Shown here: positions 25,536-40,161 of the stretch, piece by piece
How positions within the stretch are numbered: the stretch's first letter is position 1
Layout of the letters: each line of letters starts with the position of its first letter
Assembly: GCA_964057225.1 (NCBI GenBank)
Contig: OZ059894.1
Location: forward strand, 16,120,001-16,184,000
Direction: 5' to 3'
Source of the DNA: Auanema rhodensis
Lineage: Eukaryota; Animalia; Nematoda
Length of the DNA: 64,000 nucleotides
Translations under genes and position numbers: made by a program
Notes under the pieces: generated by a model
The model's database searches: none
Told to the model about the DNA's origin: nothing
Seen by the model: the letters and a program-made list of their open reading frames with translations, nothing else

Positions 25536-28500
25536 ATAACGAAATCAAATAACTAGAACTGGAAAAAACGTCTTATGTCTATGAATATGTCACCTTTACT
25601 ATTTTATCAGAAGTGATATGAACATATTAGCATATAACTATGAGAGAAAAACAAAAAGTAAGAATCAAAATGAATGATCTAATGGATTTTAGTAATGAGA
25701 ATACACAGAATATGATATGTTTCATATTAAAAATGATTTTCATTAGCTATTTATCAGTTTGAAATGTGAGATCAAGAGAGATAGAAAAATAGACCTGTCT
25801 GTTGTTTGATGATAATGACGATAATGTGAAAAAGGACATCTAAATGATACAACAAGTTAAATTGATGGATTATCTCCTTTGATACTGAAAGATAAACGGC
25901 ATTTGTTGTATGTATGTATACGTAATAAAACGATAAATAAACTGGATTAAAAGATTTTTTATTTGAAAAAGATTAATTTATTGTAATCTTTAGTTATTGT
26001 AATCTTATCATATAAGCTTTTAAATTTTTAAAATCACATGTTAGTGTGACAGCAATGAATTCGATATGATTCGTTGATTTTGTTTTCTAAGCAAAAAAGT
26101 TGTTGTAGGCTTTTCTCAATAATTTATCAGCTTCGGCTCACGAAATAAAAAAAAATTAGCTGAGAATCTGAGATGGAAGCATATACGAGACGAATTGAAT
26201 TGGAACAAGTGGTGCAATGCAGGTGGAGAAAGAGTATCTCTTGCGTCTGCTTGATATAAGTTTTTGAGATCAAATCGCCTAAAATTCTCAAACTCTATAC
26301 TGATTAATTGTAATTTTCGAAATGCTACTATCATACATTGTCCTCATAAATCATGAAGGAAGTAGAGCAGATGCTGGATTCACACATAACGTGGAGAGAA
26401 CATTTGGAAAAAAATTCTCAGGTCAATGTATCAAGTATGGAGATGAATAGACCATGTTAACCAAGGCATTGTAATGAATGTAATTGAAAATTCGAGAAAA
26501 AAAAGAGCTATTAATGAACTCATAAAATGTCCACAAAGGACATTTTTGACTGATTTTTGGAATTTTAGAACAGAAACAGGAAAAAAAGAGCGAAAGTGAG
26601 ATAGAAGATGAGTTGTAGAGACATAAAGACGGCAGAACATGTAATGGAAAGCGAGAAGCACAACATGAAACACAAGGTGAAAGGTCTGATGAACGCAATA
26701 CATTGTCCACGCTGCTAGGTGTCACGGAAGCTGTGCTCCGAAAACCTGTATGTCGAAAGCGACAAACTATTGAACAGTAATTGGATTTTCCTCAAACATT
26801 CTTTGGTAAGACAGAGAGAGTGATAGAGAGAGAAGAGAGAGAAGGTAAAAGAGAGAAAGATGAATAGGTAGGAATAAGATAGCATAAGTGAAACAACCAT
26901 TCCTCATCTAGTATCAGGTAGAAATGAAACGTTGAAATGTTATTAGGACAGATATCACGTGAAAGTTCACGTAACGACAAAAAATAATTTAATCACATAA
27001 CTTCATCAATACAAATAAAAATAAAAACACGTGTAAGATAATGAAATTTCCATATGAAACAAGAAAGCAGCATGTTTAGAGTGAAATGAAGATATGAAGA
27101 TGAAATACCGGATGCCACAATAAGATTATTTCCAAAAGTGAAAGGAATGATTTGTCTGATATTATAAGCAATGATATACCAAGATGATGAAATTGACAGG
27201 AAAGCAAGATGTAAGATAAGTACTAAAGGAAAAGCTGCTGCGAATGTTTGCTAAAATCCGGCAGCAGCAAGGCTATGGTATCATTATTATCGCCATGGTT
27301 GACGATATTGTAACAGAAAACTGAACACAACTACACAAGGCAAATCCATTTTTATTAAAATTGAAGTAATCAGCTGTAAAGAGAAAACTAGGGAGAAAGA
27401 AGTTTTCATACCTTTCTGAACATTCTTAACAGTAAAAAACGAAAGAAGGAATAGAAATGAATTGAATATGTGAGGAACGAAGAGAGGAAGAGAGAGATAG
27501 AAAGAAAAAGAGAATGTGAAAGTAAACGAATGAAAAGTAGATAGAGAGAGAAAACTTGTTTATGGCAGATAAACTACCTGAGAGTCATATTAACAGAGAA
27601 AGAGATATAATAGAAAAGAAGTTGAAAGTCAAGCAGAAGTAATAGAATTAAGGTAAAAGATAAGGGAGGTAGTAAGGGACGTCGTGTGAGGATATAACAT
27701 TTCTTTATCCTTCATCTTCTCACTCCTACTCAGACTATTGAAATAGCTAATATCTTTAGTTTCTTTAGTTTGCTTGATATTTACAGTTTAAACTAATATA
27801 AGAATAAAATAAATAGTTTATATATAAATAAAAAATTAATTATTTGATATATATTAATCTATATTCTATATGTAGTTTGTAAAATATTGATCTCATATAT
27901 GATCATTGAATATATTTTTTATTTTTCATTTTTTCCAAGAAATGTTTATCTAATCAGTTAATAAAAACATAAGACACTTCAGAACAATATGACTTGTTCT
28001 CAGAAAAAAAGGAATTTCGAATGGCATCATGAAAGGGACATGTTCAATTTAATTTTTTGCTTTCGATTTCGATGTCTCTTCTCTGATGTTTTTCAATCTC
28101 TTCTTGATTTAGTGGCTATAAGTGATACTATGAAAATCGACAGATGATCATCTTATCAAAGAGTTCATTAAACGTTAGGAGAGAAGATGAGAACACATGG
28201 ACCATCAGATATTACAGCAAATATGTCATTTATGGATACTTTTCTTCCCATTATCACAAAGATATTAAACTTGTTTCTTTTTTTTTATCTTCGGGAAATG
28301 TGAATGTATCAATAAAAGAGCATTTAATTAAATGTTAAGAGGGACCTATGAAAGAGGATGGAAAATGAGGAAAAAGAAAATAAAGAGTCATTAATTGAAG
28401 TTCTCTCAATTCAACTGATTAATTTTAGATTCTTAGAAAAAAAAATGAAATTTGAAATAAAAATAAAGAAGACTTTCACCGGTCATCGTTACAATACTAC

Positions 28501-30119
28501 ATTAAAAATGTTTAATTAACATTGTTTTCATAGATCATCAAAAGAACAGATGATCTCTTTTACAAACGAAAAGAAAAATAAAGATAAGAAAGGATATATT
28601 CTATTTATCTTTTTAAAAAATAATAACATTAATTTTGAATGAAATAACATTATATTAACAATAATATATTCTATTTTAATTCTGAAAAAAAAATATGAAA
28701 GATGAAACTAGTTCAATGAATTTATTACCTGCTGAGTATTGCTCTACATAACAATGTTATAGTCAAGTTAGATATTGTTAAAATAATAATTTAGAAATAT
28801 AAATGAAGAAAATTAAAAAAAATTATAATATTTATGTATATTTTTAGTTTTAATTATATGATAAACTTTAATTTATATGTAATAATTATTTAAAATATAT
28901 TATCGTAATCTTCTTGTTTATAATATTATTTTCTAAATTAAATAGTTAAATGAAATATATTATTAACCAGTTCACGTGAAATATACGTGGATTATTTTTT
29001 ACTAAAAAGGTAAATATTCAAATAAGATTGCATAAACGTATATATGCAAATTATACGGATAGTTGCATATAGTATACTATGCTTTAAGTTTTTTTGTATA
29101 ACTTATTTAAAGTTTTCGGAAATAGTATAGATATACTACAGTATAGTATAGTAATAATATATAGTAAATCTCTTAATATTTTTAGAATAATAATACTAAT
29201 ATTATATTTTTTGAATGATACTTTCTTTAGAAATTCTCTCCTTGCCTCCCTGAAAATCGTTAATGTTTAGAGTAATTATCATCTCATTTTTCATCATTTC
29301 TTGTTGAATTCGAAGGTTAATAGGATCATTCATTTAATTTTTCTCTTGATAAATCCAGTTTTAAGTAAATTAAAATAGTTAGATAACCAATTTTAATTAT
29401 AAATTGTTAACTATACAATTGAGATTTCAGTATTAGTCTAATTTTCCAATTTTGCTATTGATTACAAAATGTATAAAATTAGTATTAATCTATATATCTC
29501 TATTTTAAATTATGTAAAAAATAAAAGAATTATACAAGAAATTAGTTTTAATTTAATAGAATAATGATAATCATTTATATTTTATATTTTTGACAATTAT
29601 ATAATTAGTTAATTATATAATCTAACCATGTTATTATACATATATATATAAGTTTCTAATACTTTATGGTTGTAGAACAAGAATGTTTATTTTTTCTTTT
29701 TCAACATAAGACAATTTCAAAATATTTGTTCTTGTGACATATGTCTTGTAATAATGGTCAGCTTAACCAGTTCCATGTGAGGGAATAACTAAGCTTGAAA
29801 CCGTAAAAGGCGGATTTGTTTTACATGTAAACAAGAAAGACGGTTAAAATCCTCATTATAAGCTATAGAAAATACATATAGACAAGGAGCAGTTCTATTT
29901 TTTATTTTTCTTACCAACAGTTTCATCACTTGAGATCCACCATTTTATATTTTTTTCTTATTACTTCATCCATGTTTCTATTAAAATATTGAAAGAGGAA
30001 GTACTTGTCTTTTGAACTAATCTTGAACTTATACCTGTCCATAGCAAACTATAATATTATTTTTTATTTTATTATAAATAGAAAACAATACAAAAGATAA
30101 GCTTATTATTCTTTCAGAA

Positions 30120-31430
30120 ATGAAAACTCTGAATTTGACATCAACTTTACAATTACCTTATCAACATTCTATTGTATTACCATTTGAACAAGGATTAGAT
30201 TCAAATTATGTAAAACAATTATATGAAAACAATTGGTATTATACAATACCAATTGGAATATTATATCTTATAGTTATAAAGGTTTTTTTAAAATTTTAAA
30301 TATTATTAAATAAATAAAAATTATTAAGTATTTGGAAGCATTTATGAAAAATCGTCAAGCTATTAAATGCAAAAATCTGATAATTCTATGGAATGGAATT
30401 TTGGCTATATTTAGTATAATAGGGTAAATACGTTCAATATATTATCTTGAATTACTTTAAAAATTCTTTTGATTTATTTATTTTCAATTTTTAAAGATTA
30501 TTACGAAGTATTGAAGAAATGCATTATACTTTAACACAACATAGTTTTTATCATTCAATATGCTATTCATATCATCAGGATAGTGTAGCAGCATATTGGT
30601 TTTTATTCTTTTCTTTTTCAAAAATATGGGAATTAGGTTAGTTATCTATTTTTAAAATAAACTTATTTATTTAATAATAATTCTAGGAGATACAGTTTTT
30701 CTTGTACTACGTAAACGACAATTATCGTTTTTACATTGCTATCATCATATAACAGTTCTTATCTATACTTTTCAATCAGGTCCTTTTTGATTTTAAAACA
30801 AAAAAAAATGAAAAGAAAGTGAAATTACAATGCTTTGTACTTACACAATAGGAAAAAAAACTGATTAGTTTCATGAACGTAATATTGAAAGTTATTAATA
30901 GATATATCATAGATAGAGAGAAGTTATTAATATCTTTGATCATTTGATTCAAATAATGTTTGAAAACTTAACAATAAGGTCAAATATACTGTGATTTTCT
31001 TAGGATCTGAAATATTAGCTGCTGGACGATGGTTTATCTCAATGAATTTCATAGCTCATTCAGCTATGTATCTCTATTATACGTTAACATCAATTGGATA
31101 TCGATTACATAAAGTTAATTTTATATATTTGAATCTAAAAATTAATTTATTTTCAGTATATATCAGCTACAGTTACATTAATTCAAATAACTCAAATGAT
31201 TGGTGGAGTTCTTATTAGCTGTACGGTACTTGGTTTGAAGTTATTAACGTAAGTTAAACGTTCTAAATTGTTTTTACAAACTTGTATCTTATAGAACATT
31301 GCCTTGTCATCAAACCAACTTCAATTTGAGTTTATGCTTTTCAATTTATATTTCATATTTTTATTTGTTTGTTGTATTCTTTAAAAAAGCTTATTTAACT
31401 AATTGTAAAAATAAGATAAAGTCTAACTAA
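30120..31430 (+). CDS. ELO-family fatty acid elongase (ELOVL3/6-like)
   Basis: [24 protein letters not shown] histidine box, [22 protein letters not shown]-terminal KIKSN ER-retrieval motif. Confidence 0.95.
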
Positions 31431-34400
31431 TGTATATATTTATTTATTTCCTTATTTATATTAATTTATTAATCTATTCTTTATAAATTTATCTTCTTAT
31501 TTCATCTTATTCTTTGTAATTAATTTGATGATATAACAATGCCGACAAGTTTAATCTCTTTAAGATCTACGACAGGGTATTTCCTTGGCTAAGACCTTTT
31601 GATGTATTCGGTCGGGTCTAGACCACCTTTTTGCCCATTTTTCTTCATTTTCCATGTCAATTTCAGGTATTCACAGAAGGATATGTCGGACCATTCTACC
31701 TACTTATCGAGGAGTCACACTTTCTAAATAACTTAAATCCTTGAAAAGTTTACTTTTTGAAAGATTATTAACAATATCAAACAACTTTTATTAAATTAAT
31801 CCAAACTTATAATATATTCATACAAAAGAATATTTACTGTTTTTTCAACTTAAACTTTGCCCTCTCTCTTTCTGTTCATAACGACGAAAACGTCAAATGT
31901 CTCATCGCATCCGCTTTAAGAATATTAGAAAATACAATCTTAATACAATACCAAAAAATAAGATTGGGAATTATTATATTTATATTATTTTACATTAAAT
32001 CCCAGAGTTAAATGATTACGGCAGATCGAAAAACATAACAAACATGAATTAAGATAGAGACGGGAGTCAAACCCTTTCAAAATTAATGTTTAAATTAGTA
32101 GATTTTTGAAATTAAAAAAACAGGAACCCTTTTTTACTTCAAAAAATATAATTAAAAGCAATAAATCTTCAAAAAAATTTATTTTGTGATTAAAACAATA
32201 TATATTAGATATATAAATAAATAAGAATAACAGATTAATAATCATTCGTATTATTTACACATTTCATTTATTTATTTATACTACATCTATTAATTCTAGT
32301 TTTTTTTTTCAAAATATTCAATTGTTACGTTGTGTAGTTTCTCAAATATTATACATACTGACATATATACATACTATATTCTTTCTTTAGTTGTACTTCA
32401 GTCCTCAATATTTAATGTTTAACAAGTTTAAAATATGATCTTTTGGTTGTTCGATTTGTAATATAATTATTCTGTTTCTTAACTCAATTTTCTTGATTCT
32501 TCTCACATTTTTCTTCATTTTCTTTCGTTGTTAGTACATCCACATGCTTTTAAGATGGTTCAAAAGTTCATAAGCTTTAGTGCAACCCTCGAAAATTCAT
32601 TTTAAAAATTTCGAAACATCTAACGGTTGAGTATTCATTCTATTCAAAAATCCAATCAACCCTTTTCATGACTAATCTCTGTTATTTGATTTGTTTTCCT
32701 CGGCCTTATCTAGAATTCTTTGAAGATGAATATTACGTATATATCTTAATATTATTTATTTTCTTCAAAATCTTTAAATCTGTTATCTCATTTCCTAGTC
32801 TTTAATGCCATGAGGCATTAACCCGTTTTTCCATTTTTGGTTTAATATGGCTTGCCCTTGTTCTGCATTTCACCACGTGTGTTTATATCAAGATCTTTCC
32901 AATATCAGAAATTGTATCTTCTTTCACCCCCCCCCTTTTCCTATTCAGTTCTCTTCTGATATTTCCTTAACCCAGACCTTCTTCCTATCTTCTCACCTGT
33001 ATCTTAAACTTTCTCGTTATCTGTTAGTTGATGCCGTTTGCATATAACGAAAACCTCGTAGTCTCTATGAATAATGGGCAGAAATCACATGGTTTTGCGA
33101 ACCATGATGGTTTGGATAGCCACACCACGTGGTTTCAAGAACGTTGTGAAAAGGAAAGAAGATAGATGAGAAGTGAATGAGAGTGAGCGATAGATTTAAA
33201 GAGAATAAAAGTTGAAAGAGGTTCGAAAGCAGACAGAAGAAAAAGAATGTTATATCGTTATGGGACCATCAGAATCACTTCTTCCATGTCGCCATCAATC
33301 TCTATGGCTCCTCCAAACTCCCATCATCTGATACAAATGACGTATATTTTGAACTTCCATCTCTTGAATGTTTCGAATCTGGCGACAACTTGAGCGGCAT
33401 TGTTTCATTGTTGCCTCTCTCTTCCTTCTCTCTTGCTTTCACTTTTCTCTGCTCGTATAGTCTCTCTCTCTGCCTAGTTCCTCTTCAATATTTCATTTCT
33501 CTTTCATTTTCTGTGCTGCAGACCAATTAATTTCCTAGGCTGGAAGAAGCACGTGGTTTCCAAATTGTAAAGAAAACTTTCAGTGTCTGATTTAAAAAAA
33601 AAATTAAGTTCAAATATATAAATAGCAAATCTAAATTTTCAATCAGCCAGTTATCATGGCTAGTAACTAATGCTGTAGTGATATGTAGTTTTCTTTTTCC
33701 ATGCAGGCTAGTTTGATCATCAAATCATTTAGATCAAACAGCTCCTGACCATATTTACACTGCAAATCTAAATCAATTCATCATCGCTGAAATTAACAAA
33801 GCATCTGACTTTTTCTCTTCTTTCATTCGAAATATTAAAAAAAACCTTTACATATCTATTAATAACATTTTTTCAAAGGAATATAATGTTGAACAGAGGT
33901 GAAAAACAGAGCAAAATACTATTTGACGCCAAAACTTTCGTCATATACATGTATGACTCATACAAATTTTACTGTTCAAGCTCAACATTTGATAATATTA
34001 TTAACCTGATAATATTTTTAATTTTATCTGTTATTATTAAAAAATAGTTTCTTCTTCGTAGTTTTGAAGCTTTTCTATATAATCTTATTATATTTTCATC
34101 ATAAGTTGTCATCATTGACTGGCCAGATCATGATCATCTCTCCTCCACTTGAGATCCTCTTCGCTCCTCCTTCTTCATTCCCCCACCCTGACATAAGATC
34201 ACTCTTCTCATCAGCATTATGATTGGTCTTCAAATCATGCTTAATCCTAAGCTTATCTAGAGCATCTACCTGTCCATTCAGCCTCCACACGTTTTTTCGT
34301 TTCATGGTATCATTTATCTCCTGACAATACGAACAGCTGGTTCATTACTACTAGGATATCACCAAAGTAAAATAAGAGTATTTCTTGAAAATATTTACCA

Positions 34401-34758
34401 TTGTCCAGATTTTACTCAAAATTTTTTGCTTTTCATTTTGCTATTTGACATCATCAATACATGACTGGGTTTTTCGCCATTTTAGTCAGGCCAGTCTCAT
34501 TGCATTGCCGATTTGCAAGCTTAAAACTTCACCCCTTGTTCTCATTTTCCCTTGCATCCACCATGCATACCATATTAGAAGCAAGCTTTCGACTCGAATT
34601 TGTTTTACAGTTGCTAGTGACAGCTCATCTGCAACATCCGGCAATGACTATTCTTTATCTAATTTTTGCAGTTCACTTAGAACAGTTGGAGGAAACAGAT
34701 ATTGAGACAACATTAGAGGAACAGAAATTTGGATTCCATCTATCCTTCTCCCCCTTCC

Positions 34759-34786
<28 letters not shown>
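34759..34786 (+). repeat. (CT)n microsatellite
   Basis: Uninterrupted CT run. Confidence 0.9.
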
Positions 34787-34789
<3 letters not shown>

Positions 34790-37700
34790 GATCTCTTAAC
34801 CTCACCCAGCTCTCGCTCACACACTCTGTTTTATCCTACATTTCCATAGTCATACTTGTCGATCAACAAGACCAACTAACACTCATACACTTGACTGGAC
34901 CTTGTTAGCTGACCAGACTAATCATCTCTTTCACCCTCTCATATTCTCTTACTCCTCTTATGTTTTCGCCTTTCTGTCATCTTCATCTTCTGTCTCTTTT
35001 TCGGCTCTCCGTCAATCGGACCTCGTTTAATCGTGTATTCAGGCCTCAGCAAACCGATAATTATCCTTAAAAGAGACAGATATAAACGCCATCTGATTAT
35101 TCAATAGCTTCATCCTACTGATTCAAAAGCTGGTTATAAAGACTCAACATTGTAACGATAAGGAAGTCGCATTAACAACTAATACGGTTTGAGGCAAGTT
35201 CAAGGAGAGGGAGAAGTGCAAACTTCTTCCATCATCATCATATGCAGCTTGGAGGTTTATTAAGACTTTGGCTCTCTGCCTCTGGTATTATAATCGGTGA
35301 AATGAAGGCACAAACGATCACGTGACTAGCTGGACATGACGAATGGCTGCCTGGCCTTCCCCTTTTTCATTTGCCTCTCGAACATGTTACCAAGGTTCCC
35401 TTTTCATTTCCTCTCCGGACAAATGTTTAATCTCATGTAATATTACCTTATTAACATACAATTATCAATTCATGTAGTTACGTGAGATCAGTATTACGTG
35501 AGATATAGAAGATGTCATTTTAATCAAAATAGATATGCTGAGCGGTTGTTCATTTTCATTTTTTCGCAACTATCTCCTTTGAACAAAGTTCCTTTTGGAC
35601 GAAACATCTTAATGCATATGCGTACTTCCTAATTTCGAACTCTCCTTGCTATCGTGTGACTCTTCCCTATAGGATTCTACCGGTTCTTTACTCGAAATAA
35701 TTGGGGAACGCATGTCTCCTCCTTTCTTTCTTCTTCTTCATCTCTCTTTCTCACACATATTTGGCGGTCAGCAAACTTCCTCACCATTCATATATGGGTC
35801 TGATTTCAATACCTTTTCTCTTTCTTACTTTGTTCGTCTATTTTTTTCAACTGTTTCGTCGCCTATAGTCTCGTTATTGCCATCATCGCCATGCCGAAAG
35901 CAAATTATCATCTATCATCATGACCAATAGATGTCGAAAAGCAGTGTCAATGAACCACACGTAATAGGCAATCATTTTTGAATGTTTTTTCTATCATATA
36001 TTATTCTTTTTTTCCCATCATTACGTTTGTATATCACATTTGCAAACAGTTTTTAGTTTGTAGTTTTCTTAGCAAAAAGATCTCTTTTCCCGATTTTGAA
36101 CAGACAAACCAAACATTTTACCAATAACTTAACATCTCAGCTGATTCAGGTCGGCAGAGAGAACAGAAAATTGATGATTCAATCGATTGTGAACAGCAAT
36201 CATCTGACAGATTTACAAGTTTTGAATCAATATTTTCTTTATATAGATATTGGGAAATAAAAATTTTTTTCTCAAAAATCTCACGCCATGTTGTGTATTC
36301 GAAGGAAAAAAATATTAACACTTCTACACTTCAAGGCTATGATTAACCTTTACGTCAATACCCCTGACCTTCTGAACGAAAACATCCTTTTCTGATTGCA
36401 ATAGACTTCTGGAGAACAGTATTTAGCGTAACGAACAGTGTTAGGAAAGATCGAGAGAATATGTGAATATATGTTAGAGAAATAAAGAATAATAATACAA
36501 GAAAGATAGATAATAAGAGAGAGAGGAAGAAAAAGATAGTGAAAGAAGAAAGGAGGAATGAATAGTGTATGCATAGATTGAGAAACAGGTGACTTGCAGA
36601 ACGATCTATAGTCAATCTGTCTCAGAGCCTTTTCGGGAGGATTTTGAAAGACCGGAAATATGCAGTTTGATCTTTTATGCTTCTCCCTCCCACTCCTCAT
36701 TTCATGTTTCTTCTGTTTTTTGTTTCCATGTGCTTTTGTCGGTCGAAACGACTGTTTGTTCCATCAATTTCTCTAATTTCTTTGCAGCTTCTCATTTTTT
36801 CGAAAAAAAGTTACAAATCATGTTTAAATCCTAGAACTCTAATTTTTTTTGTAAAATTCGATCATTAATTATTTAGCTGTAATGTAACCTAAATATCATA
36901 TTCTTCTCACCAGTCTTGAAAAAGAGCTTATGTAACTTTTGTTGTTAGAAAAAGCAAACTAATATCTAAATTTTGATTTCAACAAACATATCTCTTTCCC
37001 AATATTTTTATTCGTCAAATAATGCAATTTTGATTCGAAATATTGAATGTTGCTGATAGTTGCAACTTAGTTGATTTGAGGACAATCACGAGTAGGTAAG
37101 TGCACTAATCATTGTATTGCAACAAGCGAGGGTGGTCTTTCTGATGATTTTGCTGTAAACACGATCTGTAAACTTTTAACTCGACACTATTTCGCATCAA
37201 AAATTATCATCTTAGTTGTCATCATAGGATGGCATAGAATTAACAATACTTCCTTACGAAAACTTTGAATTCATTATATTTAATTCTTTTCGAAATTTTA
37301 GAATCTCATCTTTACATGTAAATCATCCGTTTGAAAGTCTTTGTACCCGAGCGTTCTCTGTGGCTGATGAGGTGACATCTTGTACATTTGCTAGGTTGCG
37401 ATCATCAGTTAGCAGCGGCAAAATGAACGTTCTTTGGATTTTCATTGTTAGCTGCAGAAGCCCAGTAACCGGTTGAGCATTCACCTCTTTAAACTACATT
37501 CATCTGCGAACTAATGTGTTTGTATCCCCTGAACGGTAGTGTATACATGTATTATGCGTATATCTATTGCCTTTCTTTACAAAATGCCTGAAAATCTAAT
37601 TTTAGATCACCTGACGCTGATTAGTATTCAAAACTTAGTTTCTCAGTCAGTCTTTGTATGCTTATCATTTTCTTGTTATCTGACCACGTGCAATGCTGAT

Positions 37701-37832
37701 AAAGAGAGGCTCGCGAATTTTTCGAACTCTGTGGTTCATTATCACTCGACGAACTTTCATTACGTCTCGTCCCAATAACTTTTCAGAATCTGATATGATT
37801 TCTTGACAATGATGTCGTTGACCATTAAATGC

Positions 37833-37897
37833 TGCGACGATGAGATCAGCTCATCCACTGCGTGTGGCCGTAAGTTGATGGGCTGATCACAAGCGTA
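37833..37897 (+). ncRNA. Candidate pre-miRNA hairpin
   Basis: GATCAGCTCATC pairs with GATGGGCTGATC, extending to about 20 bp with a short loop; the 5' arm begins TGAGATCA. Confidence 0.4.
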
Positions 37898-40161
37898 TAG
37901 AACGATATTCATGTATACATCAATGCAAGAATACCAAATAAGAAACCGGAGAACATTAGGACACTGCTGATCCTGATCCCAACGATAAAATCGCTATCAG
38001 CCCAGCGACAACGATGACATTGTTGAACAAACCATTATCATTCCATGTACATGCATGTGTATGAGGCCATCAGTTCTTCCGATGACGTTGTTGTCGTTGT
38101 GTAGTTTTCTTAAGAAGTATTTTTATTTGTTCTAGTATAGTTTGTATTGTATCCTATATTTCTCTAATAATTATGATATACAAAGTTTTCGAATTGAGTC
38201 TTTTGTCTGTCTCATTGTCCGTCACACAACTGTTCCCCTGCAGTTGATTTTCAGGAACTTGGCGTACGCTTCCTCGAATAGATAAAAAATAAAAAACAAA
38301 CTGCCTGCAGATATCTTCTATCACAATTCAAAACACAAAGGGCTTGCTATACTTTACTAGAACAAAATTGTGACGCTCTATCTATCTCTCTTCTTTTTCA
38401 CTCAGCACATAATTTTTTCATTTCATTTTAGTGAGCAGAGTGTCCAGTTGGTTGAGGAAATTATGTAAACGGAGTAAGCTCAGTCATATTTCCTATCACT
38501 GAATCAATCATGGGGGGGGTTTAAAGTTTTTTTTTTCATCTGCTCTGTTTATTCACAAGGTTTCGACTAGGAAACCTCTGCGGCATCCAGCACAAATATT
38601 AAAAGATTTACCTTTGAATCTGTCTCGCCATTTCTTTTGTAGCGCAAGACACCTCAAACCATCGTTTTCTCATAATATTTGTTTTCTAAACCTCAACGTG
38701 ACCCTAGCCATTTTGTCTCACATCGACAGTCAGTACAGCTTTTCCCACCAGACTTATGAGTTGTATTTTACTTCTTGATGTTCCAAACAGCTACTGTTCT
38801 AATGCTGCTTTTATTACATTGCATAATACCTTCCGTTCTTCGAATTTTCCTTTCCATTCTTATCACATCAGCTTTAGTGGCGTTGATGTTGCTGCTTTGG
38901 TCATGGCAAGTAGCCAACAAAGCAACTCACTTACGACTCATTCCATCTTCAACCATTTCATGTTGTGTCTGAATCTCTTTTCTCTCGACGATCAAACATA
39001 TGGTCATGCCATCGAATGATCTCATTGGGGCGGAGCCCCTTTATCATAAACTCCTGGTGACTATTGTCTCTATTTAGTGTTTGAACTTTCTCTTCCCGAA
39101 GGTCGAACCAACACAGCCATGCTAGCTTTTCGCGGAAAATCCGTTTGCTTCACTGAAAGCTGCTGGTTTCAGTTAATTCACTTTTCCATCGATCTATTTC
39201 TTTCATAAATTCACACTTCAGTTTGAATTCCTCTAAACGATATACACACATTAAAACTTGAAAAGATTTTTTAGAAACGTATAAAATTTTTCTTGAAACA
39301 ATCGTTACTTGCTTGTTCAAATGAAATGAAACCTTATACTCGTATTGAATATGGGCTTTCTCAATGCTTACGCAACAAACCCATCAACAGAGCTTCTCCG
39401 CATAGATATAGCCGACTTAGTTCCTTTATGTCTTTACTGCCTGACGCGCACAATGTGCGCGCACATTTAAGTTAGCTCATTTCCAGTGTTAACCCAGCCC
39501 CATTGGTTGTCCTCTGGCCTCCACCCTTTCCTACGGAGGCAGATCGGCCTGTCTTCTTCTCTCCTTCTTTTCCCCCCTCTCTCTTCTCAACAGCAAGTAT
39601 GTATCCAACAACTAACTGGTCATTGCTTTAATAATGTTCTAGCCTGTTTAACCATTCTGAACTTTAATATCTCTCTCTCATTTCCCAAAATCTTGAAATA
39701 GTTCGTTCAATAATTTCCAGAAATATAATTATATCAAATACTTCATATATAAACTTAATTTCGTAGAAAACGTGTAATGCGTACCCTTTTGTTTTGTATT
39801 TTGTTCTTTGTCATTTGAACAGTTGATTAGCCATTCCTAGCTTATCACTGAAAAAAAAACTTTTTACCGTGCTATCTTAGAGGAGCATTTAGCAACCTTT
39901 CTTTTAATTTTCTCGCCCTTTCCATCTAAATGTGATATGGCTCGATTCTTCTGTCCAATGTCCTGTTTCCATCTGCAAATTCCTTATTTTTGGCCTGTTG
40001 TTTTCTAATTTCGCTATATTTTTTTTGAGAAAATTCAAAAATATTTATTCAATTGATTTTTACAGGTTAATAATATTTCGGGTGTCCTTTCTGCAGGACC
40101 CACTCACGGGTGGTCATTGTTCGAAGACATATTTCTATATTTCTACTAACTCGTTATAACA

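Noticed and set aside
32847-39701. Track ORFs in the long noncoding block
   Set aside because: F/L/S-rich translations typical of pyrimidine-rich noncoding DNA, with no coherent exon chain or homology
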